Under the pieces are notes generated by a model that was not told where the DNA came from, did no database searches, and saw only the letters and a list, made by a program, of their open reading frames with translations. Source: an uncultured Candidatus Saccharibacteria bacterium (GTDB lineage Bacteria; Patescibacteriota; Minisyncoccia; Portnoybacterales; UBA2143). From it: 61,659 nt of DNA. The position numbers were made by a program, and so were the translations under genes. Positions 35,932 to 46,197 of this stretch are shown piece after piece; the first letter of the stretch is position 1, and every line of letters starts with the position of its first letter. The stretch spans positions 1 through 61,659 of the forward strand of contig CAZYQY010000002.1 of the NCBI GenBank assembly GCA_964649795.1. Reading direction: 5' to 3'.

Positions 35932-36594
35932 TTATTTTTTACTCACAACAACAACAAATTCTCCTTTAATTTTATCTTTTTCTATTTGATTAATAATTTC
36001 ATTAACATTTCCACGATAAATTGTTTCAAATTTTTTAGTTAACTCGCGACAAACAACAATTTTTAATTCAGGACTTAATTCTCCTAAGGTTTTAATAATT
36101 CTATGGCAGGATTCATAAAATACAACAGTATGTTTTGCCTTAATTATTTCCTGAAAAAACTTTTCCCTTTTTTTCTTAATTGGAGGAAAGCCAGAAAAAA
36201 CAAACTTATCAACTGGAAACCCGGAAATACTTAAGGCGGAAATTAAAGCTGAAGGACCGGGAATAGGAATAATTTTTAAATCAGGCTGTTCCTTGACTAA
36301 ATAATCAATTAATTTTGCGCCGGGATCGCTAATACATGGTGTGCCAGCATCTGAAATTAAAGCTAATCTCTTGTGCTTTTTTAACTGTTCTGAGATATAT
36401 TTAATCTTATTTAATTTGCTATGCTGATGATAGCTAATGGTTGGCTTTGAAATTTTGTAATGACTTAATATTTTTTTTGTTATCCTGGTATCTTCGCAAA
36501 GAATTAAATCAACTTCTTTTAAGACTCGTAATGCCCTAAAAGACAGGTCTTCAAGATTCCCAATAGGAGTAGCAATGATATATAAAGTAGGCAT
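35932..36594 (-). CDS. rsmI: 16S rRNA (cytidine1402-2'-O)-methyltransferase
   Basis: LYIIATPIGNLEDLS..A...L..VD.ILCEDTR signature. Confidence 0.9.
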   Translation of the reverse strand: MPTLYIIATPIGNLEDLSFRALRVLKEVDLILCEDTRITKKILSHYKISKPTISYHQHSKLNKIKYISEQLKKHKRLALISDAGTPCISDPGAKLIDYLVKEQPDLKIIPIPGPSALISALSISGFPVDKFVFSGFPPIKKKREKFFQEIIKAKHTVVFYESCHRIIKTLGELSPELKIVVCRELTKKFETIYRGNVNEIINQIEKDKIKGEFVVVVSKK

Positions 36595-36664
36595 AGTTTA
36601 ATTGTATCTAAAAACCGCCCCTTTTGGCAAGGACGACTATAAATTATCTTTTTCTATATTAAAT

Positions 36665-37678
36665 TTAAACAGATTTTTCCTGGAAATCTTTAAAAAATTC
36701 AGCTATGGCAGCAGTTACTGGAACAGCTAAAATAATCCCCAAAACACCGGCCAACTTAGCTCCAATAAGCATGGCCACAATAATAATTATTGGATTCAAG
36801 CCAACTGCTTTTTTCATCACTTGAGGATAAATAATATAATTTTCTAATTGTTGAATAACAATATACAAAATTACAACCAATAAAGCCAAGAAAGGCGATT
36901 GGAAAAAAGCAAGAATAACAGCAGGGATAGCAGCCAGAATTGGACCGATATAAGGAATAATTTCTAAGAGAGTAGCAATTAAAGCTAAAGTTAAAGCATA
37001 TTTTATTCCTAAAAAATAAAGGCCAATATAAGTTAATACGCCAACAATTAGCATCAACAATAATTGTCCTCTTAACCATCCGCCAATTTTGCTTTCAATC
37101 CGCTCTATTAAATTAGAAAGATAACTTTGATGTTCGCTTGGCGTTAAAGAGACTAAGAATTTCTTAGCTCCTTTTTTCTGGACAGCCAAATAAAAAGAAA
37201 TAACTAGAATAACAATGGCTGAAAACAAACCGCCAAAAAGATCAATAATAGTACCAAAGACGCTTGAAGTAGCTTGAGCTAACTTATTGCTCATTTTGTC
37301 TAAAAGGGTTTGTAAACTACCTTCAATTTGATAGTTAGCCCACCACTCTTGAACGCTTAAACCTATTTTCTCCATAAATTCTGGGAAATAGAGAGCTAAT
37401 TGTTTAATCTGTTCAGCTAAAGGAGGAAAAATTAAAGTTACAATTAAAGCCAAGAAAAATAAAATAAACAAATAAATAAAAATTACTCCTAAAATACGAG
37501 GGATTTTATGCCTCTGTAGCCAGCTAACTGGTCCGTTGATAGCAGCTGCAATAATAACAGCCACAAAAACCACTATTAAAATATCTCTAATCAGATACAA
37601 AAAAACTAGAGCCAACAAAATTAAGATAGTCCGAAAAATAGTGGAAGTAGAAATATTAATTGTTTGAGAATTGTTCAT
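36665..37678 (-). CDS. AI-2E family (PerM-like) transporter
   Basis: Eight TM helices and the LLEIIPYIGP motif. Confidence 0.8.
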   Translation of the reverse strand: MNNSQTINISTSTIFRTILILLALVFLYLIRDILIVVFVAVIIAAAINGPVSWLQRHKIPRILGVIFIYLFILFFLALIVTLIFPPLAEQIKQLALYFPEFMEKIGLSVQEWWANYQIEGSLQTLLDKMSNKLAQATSSVFGTIIDLFGGLFSAIVILVISFYLAVQKKGAKKFLVSLTPSEHQSYLSNLIERIESKIGGWLRGQLLLMLIVGVLTYIGLYFLGIKYALTLALIATLLEIIPYIGPILAAIPAVILAFFQSPFLALLVVILYIVIQQLENYIIYPQVMKKAVGLNPIIIIVAMLIGAKLAGVLGIILAVPVTAAIAEFFKDFQEKSV

Positions 37679-38943
37679 AAAATAGAAATAATTCTATTAA
37701 ATCTTTCTTTATCCTTGAATGGACCGATTAAGGCTAAATTAAGTTTTTCTGGCTTGAATATATCTTTAGCCACTCGTTGAATATCATTTACAGTTACTGC
37801 ATCAATTTTAGCGAATTTTTGCTCTAAAGTCAAAATTTTATCGATTAAAAGCTCTTGAAGAGCATAAAACGAGGCCTGAGCATCAGACGATTCCATGCTA
37901 ATAAGAGACGTCCCTTTTATATAATCCTTAGCTTTTTTAAGTTCTATCTGACTAATTTTTCTTTGAGATATTTTTTTATACTCTTGAAGAATCGTTTTAA
38001 TGGCTTTCTCTATTTTTTGATTATCTACGCCAGCATGAGTACATAAAAATCCAGTATCCGTATCTGTTTCAGCGCTAGTGCTAATATGATAAGCTAAGCC
38101 CTGTCTTTCTCTAACAGAAATAAATAAACGGGAACTCATATTGCCGCCTAAAATTACTCCTAATAATCCCAGAGCATATTTATCCGGATGAAAAGTGTTA
38201 TAAGCACGCACCCCTAAATTAATATGGGTCTGGTCTGTTTTTTTGTAATAAATCAGAGACTGCGGCTTGTTTTGTTTTTCTATTACTGGCAATTTATCTT
38301 CAACTATCTGGCTATTAATCAATTCAAAATATTTTTTAATTTTATTAATTACAGAAGAATGATTAATATGGCCAGCTACAGCAATAACTGTATTTTTAGA
38401 AGAATAATGTTCTTTCAAATATTTTATAAATTGAGATCTGTTGGTTTCTTTTATCATCTTTTCGGTGCCAATTATCCTCCATCCAGCTGGCTGGTCCCTG
38501 TATAAAAGTTCTGTCCAAAGATCTTCAACATAGCGAGCTGGATTATCCAAGCACATATTAAGTTCTTGAAGAATCGTCCCTCTTTCTCTATTTATTTCCT
38601 CTTGAGCAATTTTTGAATTTAAATAAATATCAGAGACCCAATCCAATGCTAAATCCAAATTCTTTGCGTCAACTTTAGCCCAATACCCAGTCATTTCTTG
38701 TCCAGTAAAGGCATTGTAAATACCGCCAATCTTATCTAATGGTTCAATTAATTTCAAAGTATTAGGACGCTTTTTAGTCCCCTTAAAGAACATATGCTCC
38801 AAGAAATGAGAAAGGCCATTAATTTCCCTTATCTCGTATTTAGATCCTACGCCAACTAACAATAATACAGCTGCTGTTTTGGTGTTTTTGGCAGGAACAG
38901 TAATAATTCTTAAACCATTAGTCAGTTTTGTTTTTTTATACAT
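37675..38943 (-). CDS. M16-family (pitrilysin-like) zinc peptidase
   Basis: HFLEH inverted zinc motif near the N-terminus. Confidence 0.88.
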   Translation of the reverse strand: MYKKTKLTNGLRIITVPAKNTKTAAVLLLVGVGSKYEIREINGLSHFLEHMFFKGTKKRPNTLKLIEPLDKIGGIYNAFTGQEMTGYWAKVDAKNLDLALDWVSDIYLNSKIAQEEINRERGTILQELNMCLDNPARYVEDLWTELLYRDQPAGWRIIGTEKMIKETNRSQFIKYLKEHYSSKNTVIAVAGHINHSSVINKIKKYFELINSQIVEDKLPVIEKQNKPQSLIYYKKTDQTHINLGVRAYNTFHPDKYALGLLGVILGGNMSSRLFISVRERQGLAYHISTSAETDTDTGFLCTHAGVDNQKIEKAIKTILQEYKKISQRKISQIELKKAKDYIKGTSLISMESSDAQASFYALQELLIDKILTLEQKFAKIDAVTVNDIQRVAKDIFKPEKLNLALIGPFKDKERFNRIISIL

Positions 38944-40312
38944 TTATTTTCTCTTTTAAATAATCAGTTAATTTATTTATCTTTACTCTTTCCTGCTTCA
39001 TGGTATCCCGGTCCCGGACTGTCAAGTCATCGCCTTTTAAGCTCTCAAAGTCAACCGTTAAGCACATTAAAGTGCCTATTTCGTCTTGCCTGCGATAGCG
39101 TTTGCCAATATTCCCATTGTCGTCAAATTCACAGACAAATTCTGATTTAAGCTGTTTATAAACCTCCTTAGTTTTTTTAACTAATTCTGGCTTATTCCTT
39201 AGTAAGGGGAAAACCGCTACTTGAACCGGGGCTAATTTTTTAGGAAATTTCATAACTATCCTCATCTCTTTGTCAATTTTTTCTTCAGTATATGCTTCGG
39301 TCAAAACAGCAAAAACAGTTCGACCAACGCCAACTGATGATTCAATAATATGGGGAATATATTTCTTGTTAGTTTTCGGGTCAAGATAAGACAAGTCCTT
39401 GCCTGAAAACTTAGTATGTTGCGATAAATCATAATTACCGCGCGCATGCACACCTTCTAATTCATCAAAACCAAAAGGGAAATTGTAATCTATGTCATAA
39501 GCAGCTTTAGCATAAAAAACCAAATTCTTATGCTTATTCCATTTCAGATTCTCTTTTCTAAGACCTAAATCTAAATAATATTGCCAACGATCTTTCCGTA
39601 GTTTTTCATACTCTTCCATTTCCTTGTCTGGATGAACAAAATATTGCATTTCCATTTGTTCAAATTCCCTTGTTCTGAAAAGAAACTGACGAGCTGTTAT
39701 CTCGTTGCGAAAGGCCTTGCCAATTTGGGCAATGCCAAATGGTATTTTAACTCTAGTTGAATCCAAAACATTTTTGTAATTAACATAAATTCCCTGGCAA
39801 GTCTCTCCTCGCAAATATACAGGTTCTTTGTCCCAATTATCAGTAAAGTTGCCTAAATTAGACTTAACTAATAAATTAAATTTCCTGGCATCAGTAAAAT
39901 CTTTTTCACCACAATTGGGGCACTTTAGTTTATCCTTGTTCTTAGAAAAAATCTCGTTAATTTCTTTTTCGGACATTTTTTCATCTGTCTCTATTCCTAT
40001 ACCCTCCAATAAATGATCGACTCTGGAACGAGTATGGCAATTTTTGCATTCAATCAAGGGATCGGAAAATCCAGCTACGTGGCCACTTGCTTCCCAAATT
40101 TTCGGGTGCATAAAGATAGCTGAATCCAAGCCAACAATATCCTGTCTTTGCCGGACAAGATTTTTCCACCAAAATTTTTTAATATTGTTTTCCAATTCTA
40201 CGCCATAGGGGCCATAATCATAGATTGCGGCAAAACCACCATAAATATCCGACGAAGGGAAAATAAATCCTCGTCGTTTAGCTAAAGAAATAATTTTTTC
40301 CATTGTTACCAT
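38936..40312 (-). CDS. glyQS: Glycyl-tRNA synthetase (alpha2 type)
   Basis: RGFIFPSSDIYGG start and class II motifs (FRNEITAR, GVGRTV). Confidence 0.95.
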   Translation of the reverse strand: MVTMEKIISLAKRRGFIFPSSDIYGGFAAIYDYGPYGVELENNIKKFWWKNLVRQRQDIVGLDSAIFMHPKIWEASGHVAGFSDPLIECKNCHTRSRVDHLLEGIGIETDEKMSEKEINEIFSKNKDKLKCPNCGEKDFTDARKFNLLVKSNLGNFTDNWDKEPVYLRGETCQGIYVNYKNVLDSTRVKIPFGIAQIGKAFRNEITARQFLFRTREFEQMEMQYFVHPDKEMEEYEKLRKDRWQYYLDLGLRKENLKWNKHKNLVFYAKAAYDIDYNFPFGFDELEGVHARGNYDLSQHTKFSGKDLSYLDPKTNKKYIPHIIESSVGVGRTVFAVLTEAYTEEKIDKEMRIVMKFPKKLAPVQVAVFPLLRNKPELVKKTKEVYKQLKSEFVCEFDDNGNIGKRYRRQDEIGTLMCLTVDFESLKGDDLTVRDRDTMKQERVKINKLTDYLKEKINV

Positions 40313-40331
40313 AATTTTAAAATTTATATTT

Positions 40332-42203
40332 TTATTCTATTACTTTTCCATCTTGGGAAATACTTAAATCATCAGGTAAATCAGTATCAATAATCTTGCC
40401 TAAATCGCTTAAATCTGAATTAACAAAATTGTCATAACCAGTTACTGTAGATTGTCCAATTAATTCCATAGTACTGTCAAGATGAGCTAAGCTTGGAATT
40501 ATTGCAATTTGAAAAGCTACTTGTTTTACAGGTAAAAGGATGCCTGTGGCAGATGGCAAGTCGCCAACCTGCCAAATGAGTTCGCCGGTTTGTGAATTGT
40601 ATTTCAAATCAGAATTAGCTGGAACAATTTTGTTCTTCCACTGAACATTAGGCGGTAAAAATGCTTTCACTTTTACATTGCTTAAATCATTGGCTGTATT
40701 AACTAATCTCCATTTAATTGCATAGGTAGTTGTTTGCCCGATTTTAGGAGGAATCGGTCCGCTATTGCTAATTAAATCATCGTTAAAATATCCCTTGGCC
40801 TGAATATCCAATTGACTGGCTATTTTAGTTATTGCCTCGCTTTGTCCATCAATTTGAATATCTTTCAGAGTAGAAGGCGCTTCTGAAGAATCTATTTTAA
40901 CTGTACTAGTAATAACAAAATTTTTGTCAGCGTATTTTTTTATTGGCAAAGGTTTTTTAATTTTAATTAAAAAACCAATCTTGCCTTTCTGTAAATGATC
41001 TAAGAAAGCTAATTCCTGGAGATTGCCAGCATTCCAGATAATTGTTTGACTTGCTCCGTCAAAAGATCCTTTATCTAATTCTAGGCTAGTCAAATCTAAA
41101 GCTTGTCCCTCTAATTTAGCAGAAATAATTACATTTTTAATGCCAACATTGGTAGTATTTTGGTAATTGATTTGATATTTTAATGTATCGCCAGCCTTGG
41201 CAATATAATCACTTGATTCATTAATAGTTTGACTGACAAATAAAGGAGATACAGAGATTTTAAAAGCGTCAACTGTTTCAGCATAAATAGTAAATTGATT
41301 ATCCTTAAATGATCCTATTTGCGCTTTAAATGATTTTAATTCATCTTTTTCCCCTTGAATAATTCCATTAATAATAATCTCTCCTTGACTTTTAGCTGTT
41401 AATTCACCTATTTGCCAGATTTTATCTTTTTCTATTGGTTTAGGGTCAGATGATACTAAATTGAACCCATCAGGATAATCAATTCTAATCTGTAAATTAT
41501 CAAAAGAAGTTTCTGATTGGTTTGAGTATTTTAGAGAATAATCAAAAGATTGTCCGCTGACTAATTTTTCTGGCAAATCAAGATTAATTGCCAAAGGAAC
41601 TGAGGCTATTTTTGTGGAAAATTCAGTTTGGCTGATAAAATGAGAACTGATTTTCCCTGGCTGATAGCTCAATTCAGCTGATACTTTTTTATCTTCATCT
41701 TTTAAGCCAATAATTCTTGCTGATAAATCAACTTGGTTTTCCTGTCCAGGCTCTAAATTAGGCAAATTATGTATTTCAGTCAAATCATCTGTATTTGAAG
41801 GCATTGATTTTTCCGGATAACGGAAAACCAACTTAACATCCTTTAAAGACAATCTTGTATTATTCTTATACTTTACAATATAAGTTGCTTGGTCTCCGCT
41901 AATTATTTTTTCTGGTCCTTGAATTATCAAGCTAATCTTATCTTTATCAAAAGAAGTTAGGCCATGCCAGATCATTAAACTGACTATAATAAAAAATGCA
42001 ATCCCTGAATAAATCGCTCCAAGACGCAAATATTTCTTTTGTTTAGAAGATAATTCTCTCTTTTTTATATCCGCCCATTCTCCTGAAGAAGTTTTTCCCC
42101 TTTTCTCGCCAGCCCGAAATATTTCTGGTGTTTCAAGTCGTTTCTCAAATTCAGATTCTGGTTTATAAAGTTTTCTTCTCAACTTTTTAAGTTCTATAGA
42201 CAT
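40332..42203 (-). CDS. Membrane-anchored large extracytoplasmic protein with repeated beta-rich (DUF11-like) modules
   Basis: Single N-terminal TM helix. This is followed by about four similar segments (..Y.I.Y.N....L.N..I...). Confidence 0.5.
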   Translation of the reverse strand: MSIELKKLRRKLYKPESEFEKRLETPEIFRAGEKRGKTSSGEWADIKKRELSSKQKKYLRLGAIYSGIAFFIIVSLMIWHGLTSFDKDKISLIIQGPEKIISGDQATYIVKYKNNTRLSLKDVKLVFRYPEKSMPSNTDDLTEIHNLPNLEPGQENQVDLSARIIGLKDEDKKVSAELSYQPGKISSHFISQTEFSTKIASVPLAINLDLPEKLVSGQSFDYSLKYSNQSETSFDNLQIRIDYPDGFNLVSSDPKPIEKDKIWQIGELTAKSQGEIIINGIIQGEKDELKSFKAQIGSFKDNQFTIYAETVDAFKISVSPLFVSQTINESSDYIAKAGDTLKYQINYQNTTNVGIKNVIISAKLEGQALDLTSLELDKGSFDGASQTIIWNAGNLQELAFLDHLQKGKIGFLIKIKKPLPIKKYADKNFVITSTVKIDSSEAPSTLKDIQIDGQSEAITKIASQLDIQAKGYFNDDLISNSGPIPPKIGQTTTYAIKWRLVNTANDLSNVKVKAFLPPNVQWKNKIVPANSDLKYNSQTGELIWQVGDLPSATGILLPVKQVAFQIAIIPSLAHLDSTMELIGQSTVTGYDNFVNSDLSDLGKIIDTDLPDDLSISQDGKVIE

Positions 42204-42208
42204 TATTC

Positions 42209-42745
42209 TTATTTTAACAAATAAAGCGCTTCTTGTAAAAAATATTTTGAATTCAATTTTTCTCTTAAAAACGCTTCAACAAAATCAAGAGGATTTTTTT
42301 GTTTTCCATACCCTAAAAATTCTAACAATTTATTTTCAAAATCACTAATAATGATTTTAACATCCTGATTTGGCTGATTGAGTTTTTGTAAGCTAGATAA
42401 AAATATTTGCCAAATATTTTCATCTTTTTCTGGACCAGGAATCAATTTATCAATTAATTCTGACAGATAATAAGCAGATGATAAAGAGATTAAATTCTTA
42501 TGAATAAAAGAGAATCTTTTGAATGTTTCTGCTCCTGTGATAATATCAAATCTTTTGGCTGGAGCAATCATCAGATGTGTGTATAAAAAAAGCTCGAGAT
42601 GACCTTTAAGCTTAGCTTGGTTTTTTCTAATTGATTTGCCTCTAACTAAAATTTTGCCAAAGTCCTTGGTATAAACAGTTAAAAGTCTGTCAAACTCACC
42701 TAAATTAGTTCTTTTAATAATAATCCCTTGCGTTTTATAGAGCAT
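42209..42745 (-). CDS. recO: DNA repair protein RecO (short form)
   Basis: N-terminal OB fold (TQGIIIKRTNLGEFDRLLTVYT) and size typical of RecO. Confidence 0.75.
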   Translation of the reverse strand: MLYKTQGIIIKRTNLGEFDRLLTVYTKDFGKILVRGKSIRKNQAKLKGHLELFLYTHLMIAPAKRFDIITGAETFKRFSFIHKNLISLSSAYYLSELIDKLIPGPEKDENIWQIFLSSLQKLNQPNQDVKIIISDFENKLLEFLGYGKQKNPLDFVEAFLREKLNSKYFLQEALYLLK

Positions 42746-42753
42746 ATAAATTA

Positions 42754-45700
42754 TTATTTCTTAATCCCCAGCCAGATTTTCTGATTATCTAAAACAATCT
42801 CTTTTTCTGCTAAAAAGTTCTTTGTTTTTTTTAATTGAATCTCTATTTTCTTAGCAGAAATTTCTTTCTTAATTTCTGTTTCATTTTTCTGAACTAACTT
42901 ATTCAAGAAATCATTTCCTGAATAATACAAATGAATTTCTTGACCAGGTTCTAATCTGCCGTCCTTGCGCATCCCCTGAATAAAACGAACAAGATCTCTA
43001 ATCATCCCTTCGGTCTTTAATTCATCAGTAATTTTAATATCTAATTTAATATTTTTTCCAAATACAATTTCTTTTACATTCACTTCTTCCTTTATTAATC
43101 CTGATAATTCCTTATCAGAAACTATATGCTTATTATTAATTGTTAAACATGCTAATGGTTGGCGCACTTTTAAGCCAGCCTTAGCTCTTTGAGCTAAAGA
43201 TTCAGCAGTTATCTGCCTTGCTTGATCCATTTTTTCTTCTAAATTTTTATTAATTAATTTTTCTTTTGGTTTTGGATAATCATCTAAATGAACTGATTCT
43301 TTATCGCCTAACGATTGATATATTTTTTCAGTAAGAAATGGCAAAAAAGGAGCTGCTATTTTAGATAAATTAATTAAAACATAAGACAATACTCTTTCGG
43401 CTTGTTGTTTCTCTGTTATATTCTCAGGTTTTTGAAAGCGTTTGCGTGAACGTCTAATATACCAATTAGAAAGATCATCTATAAATTTATCAATTAAACG
43501 AGCAGCTTTAGTTAATTCATATTCATCCATCAATCTTATTATTTCCTTATTAAAAGAATTTTGTCTGGATATAATCCATTTATCTAATATGTTTTTGGAA
43601 ATTATTGATTTAGGCGCTTTATTTTTTTTATCTGCATAAGTATTATAAAACACGAATGAATTCCAAAGAGTCATAATTGTTCTACGCATTGTCTCTCCAA
43701 TTCTTTTTTCAGAGAAAATATAATCTTCGCCCATGGGTGTCCCTGTAAGAAGAAAATATCTTAATGAATCAGCGCCATATTTATCAAAAATTATTTCCGG
43801 AGTTGCGTAATTTTTCAAACGCTTAGATAATTTCTTATTATCTTCGCTTAAAATTAACCCGTTAACAATAACATTTTTAAAAGACGAGGTTTTTTTGCCA
43901 AGCCCTTTGTTCTTTAAAGTTAAAGCAGTTGCTAAAACATGCAAAGTGTAAAACCAGCCTCTGGTTTGATCCAACCCCTCAGCAATGAAATCAGCTGGGA
44001 AAGTCCTTTCTACTAATTTTTTGTTTTCAAAGGGATAATGCCATTGTCCATAAGGCATTGAACCAGATTCAAACCAGCAATCAAAAACTTCTAATGTTCT
44101 TTTCATTTTTCCTCCACAAGAACAATCTAAAACAATTTTATCAATAAATGGACGATGGAGATTTAAATTGCCTTCATTATCAAAAGGTAAATTTTTAAAT
44201 TTAAGAGAATGAAATTGCCCAGTTTTAATGCGATCAGGTACATTTTTTATTATCTCTTCGTTTTCAAGTCCTTGAACAGCTCCTTGTAAAATCCAAAGCG
44301 GAGCACCATGGCTGATAATAAGAATATTTTTGTTAGAATATTTCTTATTCATTGTCAAGAAAGAATTCATCATTCTTTTTTTAACCTGATTAAGACTTTC
44401 GCCTTTAGATGGTATTTTGGTAAATCTCAATAAATCATTATTATTAAAATAAGCTAAATATTCTTTTATAAGCTTGCCCTTAAAAATACCTGGATTTAGA
44501 TCTCTGAGTTTTTTGTCATAAATAATCTTAATATTTAATAACTTACTAATCATAGAAGCAGTTTGGCTCGCTCTAAAATAATCTGAAGAAAAAATTAAAT
44601 CAATCTTAGCTTTTTTTAATTCTGGAATTAGCTTATTTATTCGTTTTTCGCCTTCTTTTGTTAAGGGCATCTTTTTATTTTCTTCATCAGTATAAATCTT
44701 ATTGATTATATTATTCTCTGTATGTCCATGGCGAAGAATAAAATAATTATTTTTTTTGGTTTTTCCAGATAATCCTTCGAGTCCGCCAATAGCTTTTGTC
44801 TTGCCACATTTCTCGCATCGCCAAATTGGAATTGGCGCACCCCAGTAACGATTTCTTGAAAAAGACCAGTCGCGCGCGCCTTCTAACCATTTGCCAAAAC
44901 GGCCTTCCTTCAAATGCCCTGGCACCCACCTAATTTTTTTATTATTCTCAACTAATGCTTTTTTAAACTTAGTAACTGAAATATACCAGCTGTTTAAAGG
45001 ATAGTACAAAAGAGGACTTTCGCAGCGCCAACAAAAAGGATAAGCATGAACTATTTTTTCTTCTTTGAATAATAAATCGCGTTTCTTTAAATCTGCCTTG
45101 ATATCAGCATCTGCTTTTTTAACAAATTTGCCTTCACCTGGGATTTTTAATCCTTTGATTATCTTGCCTTCTTCGTCAACCGTAATTACTGCAGGTAAAT
45201 TTTCTTTTTTACCTAATTCCATGTCTTCTTCTCCAAAAGCAGGAGCAATATGAACTAAACCAGTTCCGTCGTCAACTGAAACAAAATCAGCTGGAACAAC
45301 TCTATAACCAGAACCTTCTAGTTTCATCTTGTATAGTGGATTGTATTCTTTGCCAACTAAATCTTTTCCTAAAAATTTATCAACAATCTCATAATTATTG
45401 CTATTGCCTAAAACATCTAATCTGTCCTTAACTAAAATTAAATATTCATTATTTATTTTTACTTTAACGTATTTGAAATCAGGACCAACAGCAATGCCAG
45501 TATTAGCGCCTAATGTCCAAGGAGTAGTTGTCCAGACAAATAGATAAGTATCTTTTTCGTTTTTAAGCTTAAATTTAATGTAAACTGACTCATCTTCTAC
45601 ATTTTTATAAGCGCCTGGCTGATTAAGTTCAAAATTAGATAAAGGAGTACCACAGCGTGGACAATATGGAGTAACTCGATAATCCTGATAAACTAAACCT

Positions 45701-46185
45701 TGATCCCATAATTGCTTTAATACCCACCAAACAGATTCAATATATGTATTATCCATTGTTGCATAAGAATTAGAATAATCAGACCATCTGCCAACACGAT
45801 TTAATGTTTTATACCAATCATTAATACACAGAAAAACAGACTTTTTACATTCTTTATTAAATTTGCCAATGCCATATTCTTCAATATCTTTTTTGCTTTT
45901 CAACCCTATTTTCTTTTCAACCATATTTTCTACGGGTAAACCATGACAATCCCAGCCAACTCTCCATAATATATTATGACCTTTCATAGACCAATATCGT
46001 AAAACCGTATCTTTAATCGTGCTGGCTAAAATGTGACCGTAATGAGGTAACCCAGAGGCAAAAGGCGGCCCATCATAAAAACTAAAAAAGGGCTTCTTTT
46101 CTCGAAGCTTAATTGATTTGGCAAAAATATTTTCCTTATGCCAAAATTTTAATATTTTCTTTTCTATTTCAGGAATTTGATTCAT
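42754..46185 (-). CDS. ileS: Isoleucyl-tRNA synthetase with an inserted histidine-phosphatase-like domain
   Basis: PHYGHIL (HIGH) and KLSKRLKN (KMSKS) motifs and a CP1 editing domain. There is an extra block of about 200 aa with RHGHTENN...FRASQTA...ISHGAP between WRCEKCG and LHRPFIDK. Confidence 0.93.
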   Translation of the reverse strand: MNQIPEIEKKILKFWHKENIFAKSIKLREKKPFFSFYDGPPFASGLPHYGHILASTIKDTVLRYWSMKGHNILWRVGWDCHGLPVENMVEKKIGLKSKKDIEEYGIGKFNKECKKSVFLCINDWYKTLNRVGRWSDYSNSYATMDNTYIESVWWVLKQLWDQGLVYQDYRVTPYCPRCGTPLSNFELNQPGAYKNVEDESVYIKFKLKNEKDTYLFVWTTTPWTLGANTGIAVGPDFKYVKVKINNEYLILVKDRLDVLGNSNNYEIVDKFLGKDLVGKEYNPLYKMKLEGSGYRVVPADFVSVDDGTGLVHIAPAFGEEDMELGKKENLPAVITVDEEGKIIKGLKIPGEGKFVKKADADIKADLKKRDLLFKEEKIVHAYPFCWRCESPLLYYPLNSWYISVTKFKKALVENNKKIRWVPGHLKEGRFGKWLEGARDWSFSRNRYWGAPIPIWRCEKCGKTKAIGGLEGLSGKTKKNNYFILRHGHTENNIINKIYTDEENKKMPLTKEGEKRINKLIPELKKAKIDLIFSSDYFRASQTASMISKLLNIKIIYDKKLRDLNPGIFKGKLIKEYLAYFNNNDLLRFTKIPSKGESLNQVKKRMMNSFLTMNKKYSNKNILIISHGAPLWILQGAVQGLENEEIIKNVPDRIKTGQFHSLKFKNLPFDNEGNLNLHRPFIDKIVLDCSCGGKMKRTLEVFDCWFESGSMPYGQWHYPFENKKLVERTFPADFIAEGLDQTRGWFYTLHVLATALTLKNKGLGKKTSSFKNVIVNGLILSEDNKKLSKRLKNYATPEIIFDKYGADSLRYFLLTGTPMGEDYIFSEKRIGETMRRTIMTLWNSFVFYNTYADKKNKAPKSIISKNILDKWIISRQNSFNKEIIRLMDEYELTKAARLIDKFIDDLSNWYIRRSRKRFQKPENITEKQQAERVLSYVLINLSKIAAPFLPFLTEKIYQSLGDKESVHLDDYPKPKEKLINKNLEEKMDQARQITAESLAQRAKAGLKVRQPLACLTINNKHIVSDKELSGLIKEEVNVKEIVFGKNIKLDIKITDELKTEGMIRDLVRFIQGMRKDGRLEPGQEIHLYYSGNDFLNKLVQKNETEIKKEISAKKIEIQLKKTKNFLAEKEIVLDNQKIWLGIKK

Positions 46186-46197
46186 ATTATTTTTTAA

